The translations under genes were made by a program, and so were the position numbers. The notes under the pieces are model-generated. The model searched no databases. It saw nothing but the letters and a program-made list of their open reading frames with translations, and was not told the origin of the DNA. From Podarcis liolepis (taxonomy: Eukaryota), in assembly GCA_965112155.1 (NCBI GenBank), contig OZ218101.1: a stretch of DNA of 64,000 nucleotides; one strand, 5' to 3'. Positions 24,016 to 36,410 of this stretch are shown here, piece after piece (position 1 is the stretch's first letter; the number at the start of each line of letters is the position of its first letter).

Positions 24016-24394
24016 CATAGGCGCCGACTCCATGGGGCTTGAGGGGGCTCGAGCCCCCTCAAAAAAATTTTTTGGGGGGCTCAGCCCCCCCAATAATCTC
24101 GGGCGGGCGCCCTTCCAGCAGAGCGCCGCCGCCGTCCCCCGCCTCCTCCTCACCTGCTCCTTCGCCAGCCAGCCAGCCGCGCGCCCTAATCGGAGGCACT
24201 GCCGGAAATCCCGCGAGAACAGGGGAATCCCGACTGGCCACACCTCCCAGCCAGCCAATCGGCTGGCTGGGGGGGCGTGGCTTGCCCTATTTAGGGCCGG
24301 AGCCACTTTATTTGCATATTCATGAGCTTATTTATTATTCATGAGCTTTCCCGGCCCCCCCCCCCCCAATATTTTTTCTAAGTCCGCGTCCCTG
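24016..24394. mobile_element. Non-autonomous hAT-type DNA transposon (MITE), 379 bp
   Basis: Perfect 8-bp TSD GATGTTTC at 24008-24015 and 24395-24402; imperfect TIRs cataggcgccgactc / aagtccgcgtccctg. Confidence 0.85.
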
Positions 24395-24997
24395 GATGTT
24401 TCTATTAACTTTTTTTTTCGCTAAAGGGAAGAAAGCGGTGGGGGGGGGGTTACTTAGCAGCATGAATATTCCTGATTATTTCATTATCAAAACCCATGTA
24501 AGTAAGCAAGCCTTGATACTATCCCAGCGAGGAAGTATCAGAGATGGAAAGCAGAGTCAGCATTCTGGGCCTGGGGGTGGTCTGTTAAGTGCCGGTCCTT
24601 TTACCCAGCCACCACCCCTTGCTTTGGGGCTTCGCCAGCCCATTGCTTCTGCCCCCCCCCCCAAAGCAGAAGGCAGCTGCTTCCTGCTCCCCAACAAAAA
24701 GTGGGTGACTGAGTGGTGACTACAAGGAGCTGCTTCCTCACTTTGATCACTGACAATCTCTTATCTGGCCCAGTGGGGGCACTTGAAGAAAGTGCAATGA
24801 AAGATGGTGGGTGCCCTTCGCAAGAACATCTGTACCTCTCTCAACTCATCCCCCCCCCCGGGTCTGCTGGAGAGTGGGGACTGGGCCCTGAAGAGCCACC
24901 CAGGGAGAGGTGGCAAGAGCAACCACCATTCCACTTGCTTGCTTGGCCCTCTCTTGCTGGGTGGGGTGGTGGGGAAGAGTCCAGTAAGGGAAATCCA

Positions 24998-25136
24998 CAT
25001 AGAATCATGGAATTGTAAAGTTGGAAGGGACCACGGAGTCGTCTAGCCCAGTCCCCTGGGATGCAGGAATATTTTGCCCAACATGGGACTCAAACCCACA
25101 ACCCTGAGATTAAGAGTCTCATGCTCTACCGACTGA
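24998..25136 (-). mobile_element. tRNA-Lys(CTT)-derived SINE with CR1-type 3' tail
   Basis: Minus strand TCAGTCGGTAGAGCATGAGACTCTTAATCTCAGGGTTGTGGGTTTGAGTCCCATGTTGGGC is tRNA-Lys-CTT with mostly CpG decay and missing ~11 5' nt. It is followed by ...ggtcccttccaactttacaattccatgattctatg, a CR1-like end with ATTCTATG units. Confidence 0.85.
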
Positions 25137-25689
25137 TACTTTCCTTACTGTTGGTTTATGGTCCCTTTCCTATGGTACATGGTGGAATGCCCAAACCGGG
25201 AAGCTGAGTTAGAGGTAATATTTTAGAATGGAAACCTGTCAGATATTATGTATTAACCCCTTCACAACCAGAACCCATCTGTAAGAGAGGAATGGCCAGG
25301 GCACAACAACTTCAGAGCTAACTAGATCTGTCACATTCACAAGTCACATATATAATATAAACCACAAAAATATTCCACAGAACTACCTGCTCTGGGTCAT
25401 AAACAGAGTAAATGCTCTGGAATGCTAACTTCTGAGCTCGCCTAATCATCCAAATCCACCAGTCACACATAGCTAGATGGGTTTCATGCATTAAGCCACA
25501 AAACCTGCTCAGAAAACAAGTTCCAATACCTCTTCAGGGCTGTAAATGATATTCTGGAAAAATGACACGGAACACCAACTTCTCAGTTAGTCAAACTATC
25601 CCAATTTACAGATGGGATTCATTCCACAATACACAAAACGACTAGGGAAACCATGCTCTGAACTCCTGTAATTTGTGGCTAACTAGGAA

Positions 25690-26820
25690 TTCTTACCAGC
25701 CCCCTGGCTGCTGCATTTTGCAACTGCTGTAGCTTTGGAACAGTCTTCAAGGGTTCATGTATAATGCAGGCTTCATGTATAATGCAGTACTGTAGTCCAG
25801 CCCTGCGGTTACCAGAGCACTATAGCCAGACCACCTCTGTCCAAAAATAAGTATTCCTAGTTACTAAAGCCAGCTTCCACTGGCAGCGTTTGGTCTAGGA
25901 GCATTTTAAAGCTTCAAACCTGTTATTTCTAGGGCAGTGCCACTCCAAACTGAACAGGTTGTTTACTCACTTTCCACAGGTGAGAGCCTGCAACACACTA
26001 CATCTCCATTTTGTCTGGAATCAAATTTCAATTTATTGGTCCACATCAAGCACCTGAACTGCATTTTCTGATTCAGGTGGTAAAGTGACATAGAGTTCAA
26101 GGTCATCATCTGATACCTCACTCCAACTCCCCTGATGACATCCTCCAACAGCTTCGCATATGTTGAATAACATGAGGGCCGAGAGTGATCCCTGTGGGTC
26201 ACCAAACTCCTATGATGTCAAGTTATAGTTCAACATTGATAAGTCTCTGGAAGCATGAAGGTAGGAGTGAAACAACAGCAGTTTAGTGCAGATGGGGCTC
26301 CATTTCCAATTCATGAAACTGCTCCAAGCTATGGTGTGCAGTATCAAATGCCTACAAGGTAGCACTAGGACAACCATGGCAGCTTTGGTGCCATAACGGG
26401 GCCTGAACCCAGACTAATCCACTTCTTCCAAGCACACCTGTAAGTTGAACTGACACAAAAATCTTGAGCATCATGCCTAAAAGGGATTGTTAGCAATTGG
26501 GCAATAGTTATTCAACAGTTCTAAGTCCAGGAAGGTCCTCTGAAGGAGAGGACACAACACTATATCTTTAAAAGCCAATGGTACCCCATCCTTCTGCAAC
26601 ATGGCATTCACCACTCCCTGGACCTATGCTGTTAAACCCTTCAGGTTAACTCTCATACATCACAAGGGGCAAGAGTTGAAAGGACAAGTAATCAGCCAGA
26701 CCCTCTTCCAAGAGGTCTGTCAACATCAGGCTGCAACAATTTAAACTCATCCAAGTAAACAGGAGCAGATGGTGCTCTAGACACCTCTGGACTAGTCCAG
26801 ATAGTGGCATCTAATAGTGA
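25690..26820 (-). mobile_element. Decayed L2 LINE ORF2 fragment (~1.1 kb)
   Basis: Minus remnants LLEDVIRGVGVRYQ (RT, YADD region) and LDYSTA...PLKTVPKLQQLQNAAAR. Confidence 0.7.
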
Positions 26821-27639
26821 GCCCACAAAACAATACAATTAAACAATAAAAAAAATCAGGCTTTTAATTCAGTGCTTGAAAAAAGTACAATGATGAACAA
26901 TATACTCAGCAGTAAGAGCAAATGAACATTTGCTTATCACTTAGAGGTAAGTTCAAGATATGGTTAGACTACAGCTCCCATGATTCCTGGCCACTGGACT
27001 TGTGGCTGGGGCTGATGGGAGTTGAAGTGCAGCAACATCTGAATGTTACCAGGTTGGCCACCCTAGATTTATAACCAATGTTTTCTACAAACCTGCACAC
27101 TTTTAAGAACCCCGTATCTATTTGGCTGGAATAACTATAAGGCATATCAAGAGATTTCTCAGATTATGTCCTTCCAAGATTTCTTAAATCCACAATCTGC
27201 ATCCTTCTTGATTTTCACCTTTCTAGGGTATTCCCAGTACTGATAGCCTATCCTCTCAAACAATACTGTACCTGATTATGTGAATCTCATCTCTGGAGCC
27301 AAGACTGTGAAAATTGCAACCTTTGCCTTATGTGCAGAGGTGCACTGGTCTCTTTATTCCTATAGGAGAACTCAACCCCCTCTCCTGAAACGAAAGGGTT
27401 AATGGCATAGTCAATAGATATCCAAGAAGACTTCACTTTTCTCAGGGTGAGCAAGGAGAGAGGATGCAAATGACATGGCTAAACTAGATTGCACTAGACT
27501 GATTAGCCAGAAACTGTTTTGTTGTCTTCATCACACCAACTGATGACCTCCCTCTTAATTTGCTTTTATAACTGTCTTGAATAAACTTTACGTAATTGGA
27601 CTGCTTCATTGGAGTGTATTTTAAAAAGCACTCCCTGGT

Positions 27640-29460
27640 CGAATTTCGCCTCGCCGCCACCACTTGAGTTAGCCTGCTGGGTTTAGCACACAGGAAGAGG
27701 AGAAGTCAGGCTTAGGCTTAGCTAGGAATTTCCGCTACTGCTTCGCAAATATGTCCTACCCGTGGTGTAGCGCACTCTCTCCCAACTTAGGCAGTCTGTA
27801 ATAAGGCAGAGGGCGTGTTGCCAGGGTCCAGCATGTAGGATTGGCATTGGAACGGTGGCTGCTTCTCCAGCCCCTTCAAAAAGGGGCTCCTCGCCCAGGG
27901 CCTGCAGGAGGAGATCATAGGATCCGGGAACGCGTCCAGTGCACAAGCTGCCAGGCAAAGGGATGGGCGACTGCTCAAAGGTCAAGCAGCCTCTACCTGC
28001 GCGCTCTCCGAGCAGGGGAGGACAATCTCTGCTGGACATGCGGAGGGACAGCGCAAGTGAGGAGGGGGCAGATGCCCCCTTCCCAGTTGCCCCTTGGCAT
28101 TATAGCGGGATGGACTGGGCCTTCTGGGTGAGGTTAGCAAAAGGACAGGGATCCAAAGGCACTTGGCGCCCCTCCCCCACATCATAACCTGAGTGTAACA
28201 TTTCACATATTTCACTCGGAGCCTCTGAAGCGCCCCCCTCCCGCCCGCCCGCTGAAAAGGCACCGAATGAAACGCTCCTTCTTAATAGTGTGTCATTTTT
28301 ACACTTGTCCTTTGGAAATCTCCAATTACAAGTCCCAATACCACGGCACATTTAAGGAGCGCGGAGTCTTTTTGTTCGAGCCTTCAGGGAGCAAACCCGC
28401 CACTGAGAGAATACGAAATTAATCCACTCCAGCTATAGAGCGAGAGGATTATGTTCTAATCCCCTTTGGGAGAGGCTCTGGATTTTAAGGATCCGACATT
28501 AAAATGTTTACACCAGGCGTAATCAAAATAGTGCAGCTTCTCCCTATGGCCCCGAGATAGCAGCGCGGCATTGGCTCCGCTTCCCAAACGGCTCCCCAAA
28601 ACAATAACGCGGCGCACCGGGCATGGACTGGATGGAGAGCGCGCCAGGCGCTGCCGATCCAACCAATTCCACCCCTTTGGGAGGGGGGAAGCGCCACACT
28701 CCCAAGTCCAAAACAGCAGGGGAAAGAAGTGAGATCCCGCCACCCCCACTCACTTATCGGCACAAGCTTGAGCGCTGCCCCTGCGGAGCCAGGAGCCTCT
28801 TTCCATGTCCACCGGGACCGTGCCAAATCGCGCCGCGGAGCTGCAGATGCTCCCACCTGCGCCCGCTCGGCCCCGGCGGCCGTGACTGGTCCAGGGAGGC
28901 CCGTCCGCTTTGTTGTCCCTCGGCGGACGGAAGAACAAAGGGCGGCGAGCCGCCGAGTCGGGGCTTGGACGGAGGATCCCCGCTTGGGCGTCCCCAGCAG
29001 CCCAGCCGAAGAAGCGGCAGGCCGAGCGGCGGAGAGGCGCCAGGGCGCACAGAGTCCGCTGCGCGCAGCCAAAGGGCCCCGGGGCGAGTGACGCCTGGGG
29101 AACACGCACGCCGTGTCTCCAGAAAGAAACGGCGAGATTGACCTTTAGACATCTTTTAAGCAAAACACACGCAAGAGTCACAGAGAAGAAAGAGTCTGGT
29201 ATAGATTCAGGAGGCAACACCTTCTGAATTTCGTTTGGCTTGTTGGAAGACTTCTAATGAAGGTCGGTCGATGCAAACTAAATTGTACAAGCTCACACAG
29301 CTTAAAGAGCAGAAGCCACGAGGGAGTTCTTCGACATGAGCCCCACTGAATTCCTGGTGTGCATTGCCAGGTATGGATTGTAGCCTAAGGCAGCAGTTCG
29401 GGGCACAAGACCCACCGAACTCATTGGGAATTACTTCCGGGAAAACAAAGACAGGATTTG
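27640..29460. promoter_or_regulatory. Orphan intronic CpG island (candidate enhancer/Polycomb island)
   Basis: GC/CpG-rich block ~9-11 kb from MAB21L1 with no credible coding ORF; TAATCC/GGATTA cluster at 28420-28462. Confidence 0.7.
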
Positions 29461-32400
29461 TTCTGCTAAAGACGGGAGCACTTTCTCTACAGTGCTCAAC
29501 AGGATGTGCATTGGGAGTGCTACTGCTCAAGTCCTGCTGCGAATAAATGGAAACGCAGGTTGCACAGAAGTAATGCTTACTGGATCACTCCCTTTTCCTG
29601 TTAATCATTAGCCCCAATTTTATGTAGCTGCCAGAACAGTGTTTCTAATTTCAGTGAAGGCATTTAAAGCATAAAATAGCTAATAAAGCAACTAAATAGT
29701 ACCGGACCTCTTGGTGCTATTGCAATTAAATTCTGCAGATGGCTTTACACATATTAATCCACCAGTATGGTTTTGTACGGTTTTGCTTTTTTTAACAAGC
29801 TGCTATGTTCCAGTGCAGTATCAAATCATTTAATAAATAGGTAATAAGGATTTTTTTTATAAAGTTAAAATAATTTAGGCACTTTAGAATCTAATGCTTC
29901 TTTTAACTAAAACAAAAGAACAAAAATAAGTTGGCCCTGAAAAGGAATGTTTTCAGAAGAACAATAAATTTCCAAAGTATTAATGAACTTAGGATGCAAG
30001 ATCAAATTTTGTCTCTAAAAAATAGTCAACCTGAAATAGTCAATTTCCCCAGATTACTATAATTGGCATTTAAAAATTGTTCAAGACTAAAAAGAAGACA
30101 GCTGAAGAACAAAATAATTTTCAGAAACAACCCAGATGTGAAGACGTTTGCCCCAAAATGACAAGGTATAGAACTTATGGTCCATTTTCAGATGGGATAC
30201 CTACTGGTGGACCACCAAACCACATCAAGCACTGTTGTTAACTAGAAGCAATAGGATTTGCTTCTAAATCAGTAACTTTAAGATCAAGGTGCTATTTAGT
30301 TTAGAATAAACTTTTTATGGCTCCAGTTGTAATCACACTTAACTGGGAGTAAGCCCCACTGAATAAGATTTCACTCCTGTGCAGGGCATAGTTTAGGATT
30401 ACGCTGTAAGTCATTTTGAAAATCTATATATACAACCAGCAAGGTTCTAGGCTTACTAAATTGTAAAATGGCAAGAATTAGAAGGGTGGGAGAATGTAAA
30501 GACAGTTTCAATGTACTTGTATAAAAGCCTAACAGCATATTCTTCTACAAGATGTAGACACACAGGGAACAATCTGTCCACTGCACATGTAGTGTTCACA
30601 TAGAGAAGACTGCCATAGGCTCCGAGCTGTATACAGAAATACAGGTGTGAACACAAATGCACAAATGGGATAGTAAGGGGAATCAAAGGAGCATGTCTGC
30701 CTCCTATATCCCCATCTGGCACTTTGTTTTCTGTCAATGTTACTCAGCATGAGAAACATGTATCGGGGCAAAAGGAATGGTTGGATGGGATAAGGGAGGT
30801 GTGCACAGACCATTAATTCCATATTTGCATTGTCCCAGTATGTGAGGGAGAGAGTGAGAATGGAGAGACAGGACTCTACTGAGCCTTTGGGAATACTCTG
30901 TGTGTGAAGACGCTATGTCCATGGTCTCGATCCTGCACTTTGTTTTTATTTTTGCTACTGTTATGTACCTATTTGGGAGAATTTCTTGGAACTATGTTTT
31001 ATCAAATGCATCAAATGAAATTAATTGTTCCTCAGTATAGTTTGTAAAGCTATGGATAGTTTACAAAACAAAGTAAAAATGCAGAACATAAGCCAGTTAG
31101 ATGCTGGAGAATTCCCTTGCTGTGTGAACAGTATTATTTAAAGAAAAATAGTCAACAAATAAAATAAGTAATATTCACTAACATGTAGTCTGTAAAGTAA
31201 CGGTTATAGAAAACAATGAACTCTAAGCTCATGCAGAAATTCTAAGAATATGTAACACACCACAGTTTTACTATTTTTGTTCTTTAATATAAAGATCAAG
31301 TGGAATTTGACTTTTGGCTGCATAACTGGTGAAATTTAAGTTTTCAAGAACGTATTTCCACCCATCTGTATCAAAAGCAAAAACTAAAGAATTCCAGCAA
31401 CTCTGTTCCTGAAAAACTGGCCAACAAACAGCTTCAAAAATGAATTTATCAGTGATGTACACAATAAAATTAACTGTGCAAAAGTGCAAAAAAAGACTAT
31501 TTAGCATTAAAGGGGGAAATCTACCACATGGTGTATGCATAGTCTAGATTTCAAGGGTAACTTGCATATAAATTTAGGAGCCTGTTATTTCTTCACACTT
31601 ACACATATTGCGTATGTTTACAGAGAAAGTATTTCCTCTCAATATTGCTGCAGACATTGGGACATACTTTTGCTATATATACTTGAAGGCATCTACTGAG
31701 TTGTGCTTATTTTAGTAAACTCTGGGTATTTTTCTCCCCTACAGCAAGCTCATATAGTTATTTGCTCATTAAAACAACTTAAATCGTACTGCAGAGCCAA
31801 CATACACTATAGTTTTGCCCCATGACACTCTGAAAAATGTTGGTTCTTCCTTTCTAGTGCAGATAAAGTTGAAACAATGCTTTTGAACTGTGCTAAAAAC
31901 TAACAGTTCACATGGATTTAACATGGTTGTGGACAAAGTTAAAAGCCCCTCTCATCTGATGCCAGGTGATCATGTATCAGCAATGGCCAAGAACTACTTT
32001 TAATCATCTGCATCTGGCACAGAAACTGTGACCATTTTGGATAAAGAGTTTCCTATAAGAGTCTAGATTTGTTCTTTTCTTCTCTCAACGTTTTACAGGA
32101 ACATGAGTGAAAAATATCCTTATTACGTTTTTGGTAAGTGATGATAGATGAGCTAAGGCTGGGCCAGAAAAAATGCAGCTTGCCTGCCAATCAAATTTCT
32201 GTATTCTGCTTTAGAACTTACACTCATGGCTGCCTACGGGGTTGCAGATGATAAAGGTACTACTGTCACTTGAAGCAGCCCTAAATGAAGCGGTGCATTT
32301 GAAAGGTAATTTCACATCTGCTGTATGGTACTAAGGCTGCGATCTTGTGGGGATAAACCCCAGTGAACTCTGTGAGACTTACTTCTGTGTAGAAATGCAT

Positions 32401-32639
32401 AGGATTGTACTCTTAAGTAAAGACCCCTTACCTCCAATCAGAATATCATATCTGAAAGGGACAGAAATTTTAGCTTTTACCATTAAAGTGATGGTGGTGA
32501 ATTAGTTAGCCACCATCTTCTAAATCATGAACACTTCTAAATTTTAAAACGAATATACCAATTCATACATTTGAACTATTGTTAGTTCAGTCTTAGTCAC
32601 ATAAAATAGTGACTGAATAAACATGATGAAAACATAGTA

Positions 32640-32641
<2 letters not shown>

Positions 32642-32684
<43 letters not shown>
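32642..32684. repeat. (TG)n microsatellite
   Basis: About 21 perfect TG units. Confidence 0.95.
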
Positions 32685-32686
<2 letters not shown>

Positions 32687-33414
32687 TCTCATTATAAAAC
32701 ATCCTGAAATAGAACAAAAGCACCTGTCTTTCTATTCTTTATACTATATTTTCACAGAACCTCTTCGTAAGTTTGCCTTTATTATTTAATTTCTGCCATT
32801 TTTGCCTCTAAGGAACATTTCAATATATTTTAATGCGGATGTTAGTATCAGAGTACAAAATAGATGCATCATTACACATAAGAAGGGCTCATGGGTGTAC
32901 AAGTTGTAGGGATGTCCATTGGCTCTGTGTGTACCCCAAATAACGAGACAAATTGAAGTGATTCTGCACTAGCCTCCACCTGATTCAGTCACTGTCCATA
33001 AGCAGCCAAGACTTCACTCTTGCATCCTATGCTATGCTTCCACCCAGTCAACACAAAGTCACGTATAAAAGTATTTTCAGTGGTTGCCGCAACTGAACAG
33101 TTCTGCCAGCATAAAGACTTTTAGTGGCCCGACCGAACTTCCTCACCCTCTCTTCTCCCCGTGCACACCCTAAATCTGCTCTGGAGGTGAGTGATGCCTC
33201 AGAACAGGGAACTAAATGTCAATGAGCTAGTGAAACTGTTTAGTTGAATACTGCCCTCGGTTTGGGGAAAATGGCGAACTTCCAGATGTTTTTCATTTGG
33301 GCTCATTTTCAACGAATGGAGTTGTGTTGGTAGGGGGAAGGAGAGGCTGGAATGATAGCTTAGTTGATGTTTTCTGAGTTGTTTCAAACAGAACATTTTC
33401 AAATAGCCCTACAC

Positions 33415-33678
33415 CAGGGGTCAGCAAACTAAGGCCCATAGGCCGGAAGTGGCCCGCGGAGGCCGTTTGACCAGCCCACATCCCGAACCAAGCTGCCTGC
33501 TCGTGCGCTGCATTAAACCAGTGCAGTGTGGAGTGGGGACTTGCTTCCGCAGTGCTGAAAATATAATCTGCGCATGCGCTGAAAATTGTGGGTGCTCACA
33601 CATGCGCACAATCCAGCCCACGGAGGGATCTCCATTGGACCGATCCGGCCTAGGCAAGATAAACCTTGCTGTTCCCTG
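33415..33678. mobile_element. hAT-type MITE, 264 bp
   Basis: TIRs caggggtcagcaa / ttgctgttccctg; near-perfect 8-bp TSD ccctacac / ccctaccc; CpG-rich interior. Confidence 0.8.
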
Positions 33679-36224
33679 CCCTACCCTGAACTAGAGGGCT
33701 CTCCAGTCTTCAGGATCGACTTTTAAGAAGTGCAAGGGCTGAAGCAGGAAAGTGCCAGGAAAGCCCTAGTGGGCACATGGGCCACATCTCTACATCTAAA
33801 TCTGTGTTGCTAAAAATTGCTGAAGCTTGTCCAGAGGGAAATTTAAAAATCCACAAATCTTCAAACAAAAAAACCAAACAAATATTTCAATCATGTAAAT
33901 ATGCATAGCCATTTAAGTAATTATCCAAGGAGGAATCACCTATTTCTTGCTCTGCTTGCCTCCCCCAATTCCTCCATCTGCCTTCAGGATGGACAGTCCC
34001 CACAGCAGTGTGCTAAGCCAGCTGTTCCTGCAGTTCTGTCCTGCCTTCAAGCTGGAAGCCAGAAAGACAGGAGGGAGCTGGAATCAGATAGAGATGGATA
34101 ACATCCATCCCTCACTCCTCTCTCTCTGCTAAGAAACGAGACAGAAACCTCAGATATAACCTGGCACACCACACTACTGTCCCACTTTCTCTTTGGCTGC
34201 GCAGCAGTGAGCTATAGTTTCTCTAAAACAGGAGCTCTGTTGAGGCTAGAGGTAAGAGCTAGACACGGATGCAGAAGACACAGAGCTCTGCTTTACTTGC
34301 CACCTCTCAAAACTGTCAGCCACCTGGATAGCAGGCAACAGAGTGGGAAAGATGAGCCCTCTGAAAAAATGCCACCCAGCACCCAAAGAGGAGGATAGGA
34401 GAAGCTAAGTGAATGACTAATGAGACACTTACCTTTTGTGGTGGCAATACCTAGGTGCACACAAGGGGCAAGGGAGCTAATAGGTGTCAGACACCTGTGA
34501 TGAGCCTGGGGTGGAATAGACAAAGGCAGGGATGCAATGCCACTGCAAGATGGGAGGTGTTTGTGCCACATCTTAATGAGTGCTACAAACAAGCTTGGAA
34601 AAGGGCCAACATGCCAAGGTACCAGAGAACCAAGAAAGCAATTTGCATAGGATAATTACAATGTTGCAGCTTTCTACAGCAAGTATCATACACCTGAATA
34701 GTTACTAAATGTTTTTCTTTCTTTATTACGGTATTTCCCAGTAAATCAACCATTAGACTTTTCCCTAGCCGAAGAAGAGTTCACAGTCAATTTATGGATT
34801 TAAAAAAACAAAATAATATTACAGAACCCAGAATCACTGGGTGCACTTAGTGCAAGTGCAGAGTTTCTTATTCAGTCTGCATAGCACACAGTCACCTACC
34901 ATTTTGGAAAAGAGGGGGGAATCCTTAAAATATCTAAGCACATGTGTGCAACTGACATAATTTTAAACTTAGGGTTTTGCTTTTAAAGCTCAGAGTGGGT
35001 GTACCCTCTGGCACTAGTATGCCAACACAGCGGTATAAAATGAATATACTCTCTGCTGGCTCCTATAAATTAGTCCAAAGTATTTCATGGGCACTTGTGC
35101 TGTGGCACTGGGAAGGGGGATGAGTGAAAAGGGCAGGTTTGCTACCTGGGCAGTGGTGCAGACTTGCTTATTGGACAGCAGCTGACCATTTTAAAATTTC
35201 ACACCTTCATTCTCCTATCTGGAGGAGAAAACAGAATTGTTACGACAGGAGAAGACTGATGGGAAGAGATCCTCCTGCCAACTTATTCTGAACAGAACAA
35301 GAAAAAATGGAGACCAGGAAAAAAGACTTGGGGAGACAGAGCTTATGGTTCGGAAAAATGGGAAGTTTTCTTTGGGGGGATGGGCAGCAGAGGAAAGCGT
35401 TAACTGGGGGCATCTGGGGGCATGAATTATTGGAGACACTTGGGAAGTACATGGGCCAGCCAGATTTCCCTGGAAACTCAAAGATGATAGCTTTCCCCCA
35501 TTTTCCTCTAGCACCTGATAGTCAGAGGTACACTGCCCCTGAACACGAACTTTCCATTTAGCTGTCACAGACAATAGTTGTTCATAACTAATCTTCCACA
35601 AATTGATCTTATCATTTTTAAAAGCCTTCTAAGCTAGCAGTCATAACATCTGCAGCAGCATATTCTAAAAAGGAAAAAGAAATCTTTCCAGGGAAGAAAT
35701 AATGTGTGCAATACTGCTGTGTGAGGCTGCCTGAATTTGTTTTTCCCTCTGGCCTTTTTTAAACATGAGAAGTTGGATCAGGGGGAGCAATTCAGAGCAT
35801 GGCATTCAATGGCATTGCAGCAAATCAGTCAAGAGGAGTCGTTTTTAGAAGGGGAAATAATTTGGAGAGGGGATGTTTGGGGCTCAGACCTCACCTCTGA
35901 TTTGTATTTGGTGTGTGGTCTTGAGAATTGTTTGTCTCCATCTTTTGTCCAGCACTCTCTTTCCAACAGTGGCCAGTCAGATGTCCCCTGGGAATCTTAC
36001 AAAAAAGGAACAAGCCAACAGTATTCCCCTGTGGCTTGTCTCCAGAATCAGGAATACTGCCTCAGAACATGTAGGCTTGCTCACATATCATAGTTGATAG
36101 GAGATACTTTCATGAGAGAGCTGGGTTGGGAGCCACAGATGGAACCAAGAGGAAAAGTAGTAGGCCTGGCTCAGCAGAGTGGGACTTGTAACGCTCCCGC
36201 TTTTTAAGAAATACCAGGAACTCC

Positions 36225-36410
36225 TGTGTAGAGCCTATGCTCTGCATGCAGAAGGTCCCAGCTTCAATCCCTACTGCTTCCACTGAAAAGGATTTCAGGT
36301 GGCAGAAGAACCACCCCTGCCTGGGACTTGGAAGAAGCAGAACCCATTTGCATAGTGGTGAGCTAAAAAGGCCAGTGGTCTAATACAGTGTAAGACAGCT
36401 TCATAGATCC
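36225..36410 (+). mobile_element. Old tRNA-derived SINE
   Basis: gtagagc...tgcatgcagaaggtcccagcttcaatccc (tRNA head with decayed B box) and tail ccagtggtctaatacagtgtaagacagcttcatag. Confidence 0.55.

Noticed and set aside
25076-25136. Functional tRNA-Lys gene
   Set aside because: 5' acceptor stem is missing, the T-loop is mutated (GTTTGA), and it is fused to a LINE tail, so it is a SINE head.
28456-29227. Cluster of overlapping ORFs up to 206 aa
   Set aside because: Artefact of a GC-rich island.
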